A stretch of DNA of 64,000 nucleotides from Promethearchaeia archaeon (lineage in GTDB: Archaea; Asgardarchaeota; Lokiarchaeia; Sigyniarchaeales; SOKP01): contig JAWOCD010000085.1 in the NCBI GenBank assembly GCA_046483985.1, forward strand, positions 8,957-72,956, read 5' to 3'. Numbering within the stretch: the first letter of the stretch is position 1; each line of letters opens with the position of its first letter. This document shows positions 39,891 to 49,544 of this stretch, piece after piece. The position numbers and the translations under genes were made by a program. The notes under the pieces are model-generated. The model was not told where the DNA came from, searched no databases, and worked only from the letters and a program-made list of their open reading frames with translations.

Positions 39891-41639
39891 ATGGCTATAT
39901 TTAGTGGAAAACCTTCAGAAAAGAGTATTAATATTTCAAAGGGTATATTATATGGGTTCTTTACCTTTTTTCTTGTCTTTTACGGGGTTATTCTTACCGT
40001 TTTCATTCAAGAGTTTGGAAGACAACATCCGGGAATTTTTCCCTATTTTGTGAACTATTTCCCGCTTGTATGCTATATCGCCGCTATTTTCATGGGTCTC
40101 CGCTTTTTAATTTTTATTCGAAACAAAAGGACCAGGAAGGTCAGAGAAAAGCGTTCTCGAAAAAAACTCAAAAAGGGGTCTGTCTATCGAAAGGCGTTAT
40201 TTTTAATTATTTTTATCTTTTCCTTTGTACCTCTCTTATCTCCGGTAATTGATCAAGGCAAGAACGACCATAATTTTTCTGCTTATAACGAGGGTTGGAA
40301 CGGCGGTTCAGATTTTAAAGCCTTGGTAGAAGATGAGGGATATGAGACCTATAATGTTCAATCGAGTCTGAGTGCCACTCAACGTCTCAATAAATCAATG
40401 CTGTTAGTCTTATTTGGTCCCAATCAATTTTATAATCCAATCTATGAGATTCCGTTTTTTATAAATTTTTTCGAAAATAATAATTCGCTCTTGCTCTTAC
40501 ACGATTTCGGGTCCACTAGTGCGCTGTTGTGGGAAATTTTTGCCGCAAACTTGGCAGATCCGAACGTAAAAGATAAAACTCCTGTAACTATCTTTCCAGA
40601 TGGGGTTCTACGAGACAATGAATCATGTTTAGTGAACGAGGAAGGAAAAAAAGATCCCCAATTCCCGGTCGTAACGAACTTTCAATCGCATCCTACAACT
40701 GAGGGGGTGAATAATGTTCTTCTTGCTCGAGCATCCGCTGCCTTGGGGGGACCTTTTCTTGAGTACTTCGGCTGGAATCCGATTGCTTATACCAGCATGT
40801 ATAGTTTTATTGATAAAAATGAAGATGGAGTATATAACATAGAAGACGATAATATTGATCTAAGTTTCATTGATAATGTGATAGGGGAAGACTTTCCATT
40901 AGATCTGAGTAAATTCCCTCTGGGGGGGTATCCGCAAACTCCGTTTATGAGTAAACAAGCGGATAACGTAAGACTTTTTGTCTCGGGGGATGCGAGTCTT
41001 TTCAATAATGATCTTTTGAACCGAGAAGAATTTGACAATGCACGGTTTGCTCGGAATATAATAAATTGGTTAACCTATGAAAATGGAGAGGATTGGATAG
41101 TTGTATTTGATGAAGCACATATTAGGCCTGAATATTCCCGAGATTTGAGTTCTGCCGGCATTTTTGGGTTTATTATTCAATATGTGGTGCATTTATCTAC
41201 TAATCCGATTACGGCATGGATTTATCCGCTGCTGGCCATTTATCTTTTACGAAAGTATCTTCCTAAAAAAAAGGAGAAGGAAAGGGAAGAAAAGGAGAAA
41301 CAAGAAGAAGAGAAGAGAAAATTTAGGACATCCTCCTTTTTTGCACGTAAAATTAAATGGTATCGTTCAAACCAAAAATTCGATAAAGCTCTCTTGCTTT
41401 TATACAGGCGTTTAGAGCGAAAACTTAATGCCCAATTGGGAGGGAAAAATATCACCACTGAAAATGTGATTAACATGGTTTCTGCAAAGGTTCCAAATAT
41501 ATCAAAACAGAAGTTGAAACGAATTGGTAAATTTATGAATAAAATATTAGCAATAAAGAAAAACGAACTGGATGTTCAAGACCAGAAGGATTTTGAGAAT
41601 TTATTCTTCGAAATGGAATGGGTTATGGAAAACATCTAA
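39891..41639 (+). CDS. membrane protein with DUF4350-like ectodomain and C-terminal DUF4129-like module
   Basis: N-terminal TMs. SAYNEGWNGGSDFKALVEDEGYETYNV...LLVLFGPNQFYNPIYEIPFFINFFENNNSLLLLHD fits the DUF4350 pattern. A late TM and a K/E-rich linker precede ALLLLYRRLERKL...VINMVSAKV. Confidence 0.5.
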   Translation: MAIFSGKPSEKSINISKGILYGFFTFFLVFYGVILTVFIQEFGRQHPGIFPYFVNYFPLVCYIAAIFMGLRFLIFIRNKRTRKVREKRSRKKLKKGSVYRKALFLIIFIFSFVPLLSPVIDQGKNDHNFSAYNEGWNGGSDFKALVEDEGYETYNVQSSLSATQRLNKSMLLVLFGPNQFYNPIYEIPFFINFFENNNSLLLLHDFGSTSALLWEIFAANLADPNVKDKTPVTIFPDGVLRDNESCLVNEEGKKDPQFPVVTNFQSHPTTEGVNNVLLARASAALGGPFLEYFGWNPIAYTSMYSFIDKNEDGVYNIEDDNIDLSFIDNVIGEDFPLDLSKFPLGGYPQTPFMSKQADNVRLFVSGDASLFNNDLLNREEFDNARFARNIINWLTYENGEDWIVVFDEAHIRPEYSRDLSSAGIFGFIIQYVVHLSTNPITAWIYPLLAIYLLRKYLPKKKEKEREEKEKQEEEKRKFRTSSFFARKIKWYRSNQKFDKALLLLYRRLERKLNAQLGGKNITTENVINMVSAKVPNISKQKLKRIGKFMNKILAIKKNELDVQDQKDFENLFFEMEWVMENI

Positions 41640-41798
41640 GGTTTTCTAAAATTTCTTTTTCTTTTTTATTTTTACTTCTAAAAGTATAAACTAATCTCTC
41701 TTTTTTTTTAGCCACATAGATTTATAACGCAAAATTACCAAATAGACCAAGTTGATTGATTATGAACAATATCAAAAATGGGAGGAATAAAAAAATAT

Positions 41799-42776
41799 TT
41801 AAATCGGAACAGGAATTTCCTCTAAGATACTATTAATTACTCCCTTAACATCTAAACCCTCTAATTCCGCTTCGGGTTTTAGTAAAATACGATGATTTAA
41901 GGCGGGGATTGTTAAGGCTCGTACATCATCAGGGGTTACATAATTCCTGCCAAGAATCGCTGCGCGCGCTTTTGAACATTTCATTAACACAAGCGATGCT
42001 CTTGGGCCTGCTCCCATATAAATCTGCGGATGATTTCGAGTCTTTAATGAGATGTCCCGGATATATTTAAGAATTCGTTGGTCAATATAGACTAAATTCA
42101 TAAGATCTTGAGCTGCCAACAGCTCTTCAGCATCAGTTACTGGTTCAATTGAAGGTAAATGACCGCTGAGTTGCCTTGACATGATTTCAACCTCTTCATC
42201 TTGTTCTGGATAGTCTAACCAAAGCTTGAAAAGAAATCGGTCAACTTGTGCTTCGGGGAGGGGGTATGTCCCTTCCATTTCCACGGGGTTCTCAGTTGCT
42301 ACCACTAGAAAAGGTTTTTCTAGTTCTAATGTTTTCCCTTCAATGGTTACTTGTCGTTCTGCCATCGCTTCGAGAAGTGCAGCTTGCGTTTTAGGGGCGC
42401 TCCGATTAATTTCATCCGCTAAGACTAAATTAGCAAACACTGGCCCCTTTTGAAGAACAAAACCTCCCTCATTTTGATCAAAGATTTTTGTACCAGTAAT
42501 ATCGGCCGGTAAGAGATCGGGGGTAAATTGAATTCTGGAAAATGAGATTCCAAGCGTTTTAGCAAAAGTTTTTGCCATCACCGTTTTACCGAGTCCAGGG
42601 ACTCCTTCCAGTAACACATGACCATTAACTAAAAGGGCAATAAATAATTGCTGCAAGATTTCCCCATTTCCAACAATAACTCGGCTAACTTCACTTAAAA
42701 CTTCTTGAGCAATTTCACGAATCGGTGAAACATCTAATTCCTCTTGTTGTTCATAATATTGGGCTTTTTCAGCCAT
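41799..42776 (-). CDS. moxR: MoxR-family AAA+ ATPase
   Basis: Walker A LLEGVPGLGKT, Walker B LADEINRSAPKTQAALLEAMAE, ATENPVEMEGTYPLPEAQVDRF and the C-terminal lid. At 325 aa the length is typical. Confidence 0.9.
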   Translation of the reverse strand: MAEKAQYYEQQEELDVSPIREIAQEVLSEVSRVIVGNGEILQQLFIALLVNGHVLLEGVPGLGKTVMAKTFAKTLGISFSRIQFTPDLLPADITGTKIFDQNEGGFVLQKGPVFANLVLADEINRSAPKTQAALLEAMAERQVTIEGKTLELEKPFLVVATENPVEMEGTYPLPEAQVDRFLFKLWLDYPEQDEEVEIMSRQLSGHLPSIEPVTDAEELLAAQDLMNLVYIDQRILKYIRDISLKTRNHPQIYMGAGPRASLVLMKCSKARAAILGRNYVTPDDVRALTIPALNHRILLKPEAELEGLDVKGVINSILEEIPVPI

Positions 42777-42960
42777 TGAGAATTCACTTCTTTAAATCTT
42801 TACTTATCAATAAAAGATATTGATTTAATTTATATAATTATAAGATAAATCAATTTTATATTTTTATTTTTTCGCGTTCGATTTCTTCAACAATCTATGC
42901 GCAATTCATAAAAAGTAAAAATATATAATTTATAATTATTATTATAATTAAAAATAGAAT

Positions 42961-42975
42961 TTCTCACAGTGAGAA
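42961..42975. promoter_or_regulatory. perfect palindrome TTCTCAC-A-GTGAGAA in the moxR/DUF58 divergent intergenic region
   Basis: 7-bp arms around a single central base, read directly from the sequence. It lies about 75-85 bp upstream of the DUF58 ATG. Its function is not established. Confidence 0.2.
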
Positions 42976-43047
42976 TAAAAAATATAAACCCATTTTTTTT
43001 AGGAACGGTGAAGTGATATTTTAGGTGGAAAAGGGCGCTTATTGGTC

Positions 43048-44346
43048 ATGTTTTCCATATTCTTTTTATGTGCGGGATTTGCATTTATCAATTATTTTTT
43101 GATCTTCTTTGCCATTTTATTATTATTCAGTACTATTATCAGTTTGCCCGTGTTTTATTATCAAACAAACATTGAAGAACTCAAAGTCCATCGCGAGCTT
43201 GAAAAGAAAAAGATTTTTAAAGACGATTTCGTCCATATTAAAGTAACCATAGAGAATATAGGAAATAGCAGTTTCGATTTTATAGAAATTCGTGATCAAT
43301 TTAATCCAGAATTGTTTCGCCTTGTTTTGGGAGAAAATTTCATATCAACCCGAATTGGAAGAAAGAGCACGATAAAATTTTCTTATGTGCTTGAACCGAA
43401 AGTGAGAGGAGAATATCCTTTAGGTCCACTCTCTGTAACGGTAAAAGATCGTTTGGGGTTTAACTCACTTGAGAGAGTTGTACCAGATAGTGTGACGGAT
43501 ATTTTGATTTATCCTCCTTATGAAGATATAAAACGGATTGAAATTCTTGGATCAAAACGGTCATTGCAACTGAACTATGGAGCACAACGCTCCAAGCAGA
43601 AAGGTCTCGGAAGCGAGTTTTACGGAATGCGGAAATATGTTTTTGGTGATCAATTTCGCCTAATCGACTGGAAAGCATCTGTACGGACACAAAAACTAAT
43701 TGTCAAAGAATTTGAATCAGAAAGAGATATCACCTGTATGATTTTGGTGGATTCTTCAAACAGTATGGCAGGTGGGGCAATAGATAATACTAAATTCGAA
43801 TATGCCATACGTGCATGTATGTTATTAACAAAGGTGGCATTAACAAGAAGAGACCAAGTGGGCGTATTTACCTTTTCAAATAATAAAAATATGAATCTTT
43901 CTGAGCCGAAGGGAGGAGAAGACCAGTTCTATCAAGTTTTAGATGCAATTGCCAAGGTAAAACCAGAAGGACAGTGTAAATTTAGAGAATCTATGGACTA
44001 TTTCACAAAACGCCACCAAAAACGGAGTTTAATTTTTATTATCTCTGATCTAGAACCAGATGTAAAAGACATCGTGGAGGGAGTCCGAAAACTTATTCCC
44101 TTTGACCATACCATAATAATGATTAATCCGTTTAGCCCATGGTTTGAGATTCATGAGACGGATTTATCTTCCACGGATAAAGCCCTTGCAGAGGCGATCT
44201 CCGAGGAGATGATGGAACATGTATTACATATAAAACAAGAGGTACGAAATTTGGGAGTCAGTTTAATTCATGTAGGGCCAGACGATATGATGCAAAATAC
44301 ATTAACCAAGTATTTAGAGGCAAAAAAAAAGGGGAGGGCCTTCTGA
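43048..44346 (+). CDS. DUF58-family protein (vWA-like, MoxR partner)
   Basis: N-terminal TMs, the characteristic FRLIDWKASVRTQKLIVKEFESE motif, then the vWA-like ILVDSSNSM. The ATG at 43048 is preferred over the TTG at 43042. Confidence 0.8.
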   Translation: MFSIFFLCAGFAFINYFLIFFAILLLFSTIISLPVFYYQTNIEELKVHRELEKKKIFKDDFVHIKVTIENIGNSSFDFIEIRDQFNPELFRLVLGENFISTRIGRKSTIKFSYVLEPKVRGEYPLGPLSVTVKDRLGFNSLERVVPDSVTDILIYPPYEDIKRIEILGSKRSLQLNYGAQRSKQKGLGSEFYGMRKYVFGDQFRLIDWKASVRTQKLIVKEFESERDITCMILVDSSNSMAGGAIDNTKFEYAIRACMLLTKVALTRRDQVGVFTFSNNKNMNLSEPKGGEDQFYQVLDAIAKVKPEGQCKFRESMDYFTKRHQKRSLIFIISDLEPDVKDIVEGVRKLIPFDHTIIMINPFSPWFEIHETDLSSTDKALAEAISEEMMEHVLHIKQEVRNLGVSLIHVGPDDMMQNTLTKYLEAKKKGRAF

Positions 44347-44348
44347 TT

Positions 44349-45803
44349 ATGGCGAGATATTATTTAACCGTCTTGAATATTATAAACGCCTTAATTTTTA
44401 TTTGGATTATTGTTCTTTTTAATTCTATTTTCAATTTCGATCTAGTCATCACCACCGCTGAAAACGAGTTAGTATTTTGGGATGTACTCATCGCCTTGCG
44501 AAATATTCTTACATATGGGGCATATTTATTTCTCTATATTGTGGCATATTTTACTGCGCTAATTGTAAGCGGAGTATTTAGCTCTTTTGCTTATTTTGAG
44601 ACCAATTTTATGTTTAATTTTATCGGTTTCTTCTTTAAATTTTATTTAGAATCGTGGTTTAATTTTCCAGGGGGAGAAACTCCCTCATTGATCAGGATTC
44701 CCGCATTAATGGCACAAGAAGCATCGGTATTTACTAATAATTTATATTTGCTAATCTTCCAGATTTTATTTGTAATATCTGTATTCTATGCGATTCGCGC
44801 CATTTTTAAAAACGACGTGAAATATAATTTTATAGCAATTGGAAGTTTAGTTCTCATGATTGTTATGCCTTTAATGATTTTTGGATTTCGGGATATGTTA
44901 CGCTTATTTACCTTAAAGGTTCCTTTTCTTGAAAATCTGGAAAATCCAGTAGATCCAAGCCTCACTGAATTACCGCTTAATGATTTCTTTGGATTTATAT
45001 TTAGTTCGATTTTCTTATTTGCCATAATCAGCTATATTTATTTGGAAATGGCTTTTCAGATTAGTTATATTGATACAGTCACCAAACCCAGTCTTGAGAG
45101 AGAAGACCGATTAGAGGCTCAAATTGATCTTCTACGCAAAGAATCTGCTCATATTACAGCTAATGTTGATAAAATACGGGAGGAAGCACAACAAAGAAAA
45201 GAAGAGCTTGGCATTGAAAAAAAAGAATCTGTAAGAGAATTTTTTACCCAGAAAGAAGAAAGGTTTTCCTATGTAAAAGAGATGGTACGGCGTAAAAAAT
45301 TGGAGGAAGAAGAGAAAAAATTGGTGACCGCAGCTTCCAAAACTCGCAGATTAGGTAGATATATTGATCGATTATTCCGTGAAGATCCGGAAGCTGAAGA
45401 TGCCATCACAGCAAAGTCATCAGCGCCCACTCCCAAGAGTCTTGCATCGTCTACTGGTCTCAATTTTGCATTTCGATTAATTCTATTAATCTTTCTCAGT
45501 TATATTATTATTCATCCTCATTGGTTTTTTAAGGAAGTATTTAATTTACCACCCTCTATTATTGAAAGTGTTTCAATGTATTCTCCCGAGGTTATCATTA
45601 CTTTAATGATACCATTTGTTCTTTTATTTCCGGTAATTTCAAAGGTAATTTCCTATATTAAACATCGTAATCTAATCATTCGTTTGAAACAAGAAGGAAG
45701 AATCAAAGAGATTTTGGCTTCAGTCGGAGACTATGTAAAAAAAATGGAGGAAGGAGAAGAAATAGCTCAAGAAGAAGATCTAGAGGAAGAAAGCGAAGAA
45801 TAA
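44349..45803 (+). CDS. polytopic membrane protein with central coiled-coil loop and acidic C-terminus, unknown function
   Basis: 484-aa ORF starting 2 nt after the DUF58 stop. Several hydrophobic helices, a charged helical segment (EAQIDLLRKESAHITANVDKIREEAQQRKEELG) and a C-terminal EEEDLEEESEE. Confidence 0.55.
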   Translation: MARYYLTVLNIINALIFIWIIVLFNSIFNFDLVITTAENELVFWDVLIALRNILTYGAYLFLYIVAYFTALIVSGVFSSFAYFETNFMFNFIGFFFKFYLESWFNFPGGETPSLIRIPALMAQEASVFTNNLYLLIFQILFVISVFYAIRAIFKNDVKYNFIAIGSLVLMIVMPLMIFGFRDMLRLFTLKVPFLENLENPVDPSLTELPLNDFFGFIFSSIFLFAIISYIYLEMAFQISYIDTVTKPSLEREDRLEAQIDLLRKESAHITANVDKIREEAQQRKEELGIEKKESVREFFTQKEERFSYVKEMVRRKKLEEEEKKLVTAASKTRRLGRYIDRLFREDPEAEDAITAKSSAPTPKSLASSTGLNFAFRLILLIFLSYIIIHPHWFFKEVFNLPPSIIESVSMYSPEVIITLMIPFVLLFPVISKVISYIKHRNLIIRLKQEGRIKEILASVGDYVKKMEEGEEIAQEEDLEEESEE

Positions 45804-45836
45804 TCCATAATTTCTTAACGTCTTAATTTGATGTCG

Positions 45837-46775
45837 CTATAAATCTAAAATAAATTGCGCTAATTTTTTCTTTTTTTCCATATTAGTCATTAAGGTATCA
45901 TAGCATGAGACTTTCATTCCTTTCTCTTTGATATTCGATTTTTGTTCGCGATCCTTTTCATCGATTACGAAGTGCCCTACAATATCGGCATAGTATTTTG
46001 CAACCCCCCCACAAGTTGCATCGTAACCCATCGCTTTCATCAATTTATCGGCGGGTCCCTTTATTGTCCCCCCTTGTATAATCGGACTAACGGCATAGAC
46101 TTTATTTTTAAATTCCCTTAGTTTATACCTTACTTCGCCAACCTGCAGTATGGTTCCTATTGATACAATAGGGTTCGACGGAGAGATTATAATCTTCGTT
46201 GCATTTTCCAAATATCTCATTACTTTCTCTTCTGGTTTAGCGTCGTTCATGCCCTTAAATTCCACATTAAGGATTTCGGGTTTACATTTATATTTAATAT
46301 AATACTCCTCGAAATGCATCTTTCCTTTGGGAGTATCGATAAACGTCTGAACGTTTTCATTACACATAGGGATAAGTTCGGCTGAGATATTTAATTTCTT
46401 ACAAATTTTCTTAGTTACCTCTGCCTTGGTAAATCCTTTTTGTAACATATCTGTTCGATATATATGCGTTGCTAAGTCTTTATCGCCGAGATTGAACCAT
46501 CCTAAGTCATAATACTTCTTTAAGATTGAGAGACAATTAAAAGATTCGCCTTGAAACCCCCATCCTTTATCTTTATCTACAAGGTTTGCTAAAGTATAAG
46601 TAATGATATCCAAATCAGGACATATTTTCAATCCAAATAACTCAATATCATCTCCTGTATTAATAATGATTTTGAGTTTTTTAGGATCACAGACATGCCG
46701 CAATCCATCAAGAAATTTTGCCGCTCCGACTCCGCCTGCTAAGATTACATAAAATTTATCTTCCATAAAATTCAT
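45837..46775 (-). CDS. cofD: 2-phospho-L-lactate transferase (F420 biosynthesis, CofD)
   Basis: N-terminal VILAGGVGAAKFLDGL, the ISPSNPIVSIGTIL motif, and an ATGA overlap with the upstream cofE-like gene. Confidence 0.8.
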   Translation of the reverse strand: MNFMEDKFYVILAGGVGAAKFLDGLRHVCDPKKLKIIINTGDDIELFGLKICPDLDIITYTLANLVDKDKGWGFQGESFNCLSILKKYYDLGWFNLGDKDLATHIYRTDMLQKGFTKAEVTKKICKKLNISAELIPMCNENVQTFIDTPKGKMHFEEYYIKYKCKPEILNVEFKGMNDAKPEEKVMRYLENATKIIISPSNPIVSIGTILQVGEVRYKLREFKNKVYAVSPIIQGGTIKGPADKLMKAMGYDATCGGVAKYYADIVGHFVIDEKDREQKSNIKEKGMKVSCYDTLMTNMEKKKKLAQFILDL

Positions 46776-48190
46776 TTCTCGTTATTTAATTTATAAATAA
46801 TTTCATTTAGATCCTTGCGATAAGGGGGTTTAATTTGTTTACGAGGACGTCCCACAGTGATAAAAGCCATGGGCTGAAAACTGGGAGGCAGATCTAAAAA
46901 CTTTTTGACAATTTCCTTAGCAAATAAAGGAGCACAATACCAACAAGATGCAAGACCCCTTGATTGGAGAGCAATCAGAAAATAAATTGCTGATGCGCTA
47001 ACAGATTGTACTCCTAATAAAAATTCGTTCTCATTTCGTTTCTCATCGGGATATGTTTCGAGGTCTCTTTCATCTAAAGAGAGTAAGATTAAATAAGGTG
47101 CAGCCAAAAAACGTGCCCGGGTTTTTTCAATTTTTTTAGAGATGAACTTCTCCTCCCTTCCGTCTGCTCTAAGATCCTTCCTTAGTTTCTCATTCATTCG
47201 ATTTATTAATTGTTCCCGTAGTTTGCTCTTTTTTTTTAAGATGCTGTATCTCCAGAATTGGCCATTATGAGCGCTGGGAGCCCAACGAGCGATTTCTATA
47301 CATTCCTCTATTAGGGCTTTATCCACTTCTTTTTGAGAAAAGGGTAATTTATAGCTCCTTCTTCTTTTTAATACCTTTTCGACTATGTCTTCTTGATTTT
47401 CTGGTCTAAAAAGATCTGATGATTTATCTCTGAGGATTGAGTTAATAGATACATCTTCATCATACTTATATCTATATCCTCTAACGAGTACAACGGGATT
47501 TCCTTGGTCTCCTTCTCCCATGATTAACTGAGCTGCAGAGGCTAAATTATCCGCTTGCGCCACAATTGTACTCTTCAACTTATTTCCGTATAAATCTTTC
47601 TTTCCCCTCTCATCCTTTAGTGGACTAATCCCAGATATCCCTATTGCGACTCCAACAGAACCAACTCGAAAGGGTCTTCCAAAAGAATCGGTAATAATCA
47701 CGGAAATAGACTTATGAGTTTTTTGTTCTAATTTTTTTCGGATTTTATTTGCAATTTGATCAGAATTTGAGGGTAGGATAGTAACGAAGTCCTTCCCTTC
47801 AATATTTGATGCATCGATTCCTGCATTTGCACAGATAAACCCTTGCTCTGTCTCTGTTATAATTACATGTTCATATTTTAATACGTTTTTGCTTTCTTGT
47901 AAAATAAGTTCAATTAATTGGGGAGATTTAATTGGAAGGTCCCTTTTTTGCGCTTTTTCTTTTACTTTCTTATAGATTTTAAGAGCTTGCTGACTTGGAT
48001 CTACTTTACTTAAATCTCGAGTATAATTCTCCGCTTTAGAAATAATAGATTGGGCAATTAATAAAATATCTCCATCTTCTAAATTTCCATTCATTCCCTC
48101 TAAACTTTTTAAAATATGAGATACGATATTATTTCCGGATTTGACCAATGGAAAGTTTTCCAATCCAATTAATTTAATTTTATTCTTCAT
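46772..48190 (-). CDS. cofE: F420 gamma-glutamyl ligase (CofE) fused to a C-terminal nitroreductase-like domain (FbiB-like architecture)
   Basis: The N-terminal ~250 aa show a CofE-like pattern (GDILLIAQSIISKAE, ITETEQGFICANAGIDASN, IITDSFGRPFRVG). The C-terminal half has RRSYKLPFSQKEV...ARWAPSAHNGQFWRY, typical of the nitroreductase fold. Confidence 0.75.
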   Translation of the reverse strand: MKNKIKLIGLENFPLVKSGNNIVSHILKSLEGMNGNLEDGDILLIAQSIISKAENYTRDLSKVDPSQQALKIYKKVKEKAQKRDLPIKSPQLIELILQESKNVLKYEHVIITETEQGFICANAGIDASNIEGKDFVTILPSNSDQIANKIRKKLEQKTHKSISVIITDSFGRPFRVGSVGVAIGISGISPLKDERGKKDLYGNKLKSTIVAQADNLASAAQLIMGEGDQGNPVVLVRGYRYKYDEDVSINSILRDKSSDLFRPENQEDIVEKVLKRRRSYKLPFSQKEVDKALIEECIEIARWAPSAHNGQFWRYSILKKKSKLREQLINRMNEKLRKDLRADGREEKFISKKIEKTRARFLAAPYLILLSLDERDLETYPDEKRNENEFLLGVQSVSASAIYFLIALQSRGLASCWYCAPLFAKEIVKKFLDLPPSFQPMAFITVGRPRKQIKPPYRKDLNEIIYKLNNEK

Positions 48191-48202
48191 TTTGCTCTAA
48201 TT

Positions 48203-48460
48203 TTATTTTTCTCCGACTTCTGGGGCGGAGTGGTAATTAATTTTACAATCTAAAGCAACGCTGATATTATTTTGATTGTTCCCTATTACGGAAAAGGCTG
48301 CATCTGCAAGCGAATATATGGCACCACCATAGGGAGTTTTCTGGAAGTTAAGCCTATCCTCTCTTACTTTATCTTTTGTAAAGTTATCAAGTTTTATTCC
48401 AAATTGCTTAGCGTAGTTATCTTGCTTGAATTTTTCCTTTATTATGTCTAAACTCTCCAT
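48203..48460 (-). pseudogene. truncated hotdog-fold (PaaI-type) thioesterase-like ORF
   Basis: The 85 aa contain FGIKLDN...YGGAIYSLADAAFSVIG...INYHSAPEVGEK. They stop where PaaI-type proteins normally continue for about 40 more residues. The ORF abuts the cofE start. Confidence 0.4.
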
Positions 48461-48485
48461 GGTAATTTTACTCCTTCTTTTTATA

Positions 48486-49544
48486 TTAAAGTCTTAAATA
48501 ATTCAAATATTTTGGATTTTTTGTTAATGCAACTTCTTCGTATTTTCCGGGTAATGCACAACAAGCTGTATATACATCAAATTTTATATCATCGTCATAG
48601 TTTTTAATCCGTTTCAACGTCTTCGGTGAAGGCATTTCAATTCTGGTAATACCGCTTTTGATTGTGTTAAGTTCTATATCAACTCTTTTTCTGGCTCGAG
48701 GCCGCATACACCCTAGGCTAATTTCGGAGTATGGGAAGGAAAGTCTACTCACTGTGGCAATTTTTGCAATATCGTAAGGTTTTGGGGCTTTGAATTTAGT
48801 TCTTTTCCCTTCTGGGGGGATTAATGCAATTAATACAAGTACGGAAGGATTAATATTGACCTTTTTTATAAACTTGAGCCCATCCAGCTCTTTGTGAACT
48901 TCTCCATAATGTAATCCGATGCAAATATGGGGGATCACATTAAGATTATATTTTTTGAGGATTTCTATTGCATTTTTATAATCTTTTACGGCTTTATCTA
49001 AATGATAGATATTTTTAATAATCTCTTTATCAAGGTTAATATCAAAAGAAACAATATCAACTTTTGCCGATGCTAACTTTCGTGCTGTTTCTTCGTCTAA
49101 AAGTCCGGTATGGACATTAACTATTAAATTGCTTTGAGTTTTAATTTTCTCAACGGTATCGAGAAATCTTTTTAAGGGAACTGCCCCTTCTGGATCACAT
49201 CCTCCCGAAAGTAATACACCTACTCCGCCTTTTTCGATATGCTTTGTTAAAAACCCTTCCAACTCATCAATAGAAAGAATAGATTTCATTCCATTAAGAT
49301 ATTTCTTATTACAGTGATCACAGTTTAATGCACATTTATTTCCTGTGAGACTTACCGCTGGAAACTTTTTATCGGGAAAATATATCTTTAGATTATTCCC
49401 AAAATTCTCTTTCTTAACCTTATATGCCTCTGAAAAAACCAGTTGGAGCTCCTTCTTGTCTGTTAAGTCTAAGATTTGTTGGTAATCCCTCCATGACGTA
49501 TTTCGAGCCCTTATACGGTCTATTAATGAACTAAGATCACTCAT
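48486..49544 (-). CDS. radical SAM protein, candidate LipS1/LipS2-type lipoyl synthase component
   Basis: CX3CX2C motif (CALNCDHC). It overlaps the stop of the lipoate-protein ligase gene by 8 nt. Confidence 0.55.
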   Translation of the reverse strand: MSDLSSLIDRIRARNTSWRDYQQILDLTDKKELQLVFSEAYKVKKENFGNNLKIYFPDKKFPAVSLTGNKCALNCDHCNKKYLNGMKSILSIDELEGFLTKHIEKGGVGVLLSGGCDPEGAVPLKRFLDTVEKIKTQSNLIVNVHTGLLDEETARKLASAKVDIVSFDINLDKEIIKNIYHLDKAVKDYKNAIEILKKYNLNVIPHICIGLHYGEVHKELDGLKFIKKVNINPSVLVLIALIPPEGKRTKFKAPKPYDIAKIATVSRLSFPYSEISLGCMRPRARKRVDIELNTIKSGITRIEMPSPKTLKRIKNYDDDIKFDVYTACCALPGKYEEVALTKNPKYLNYLRL

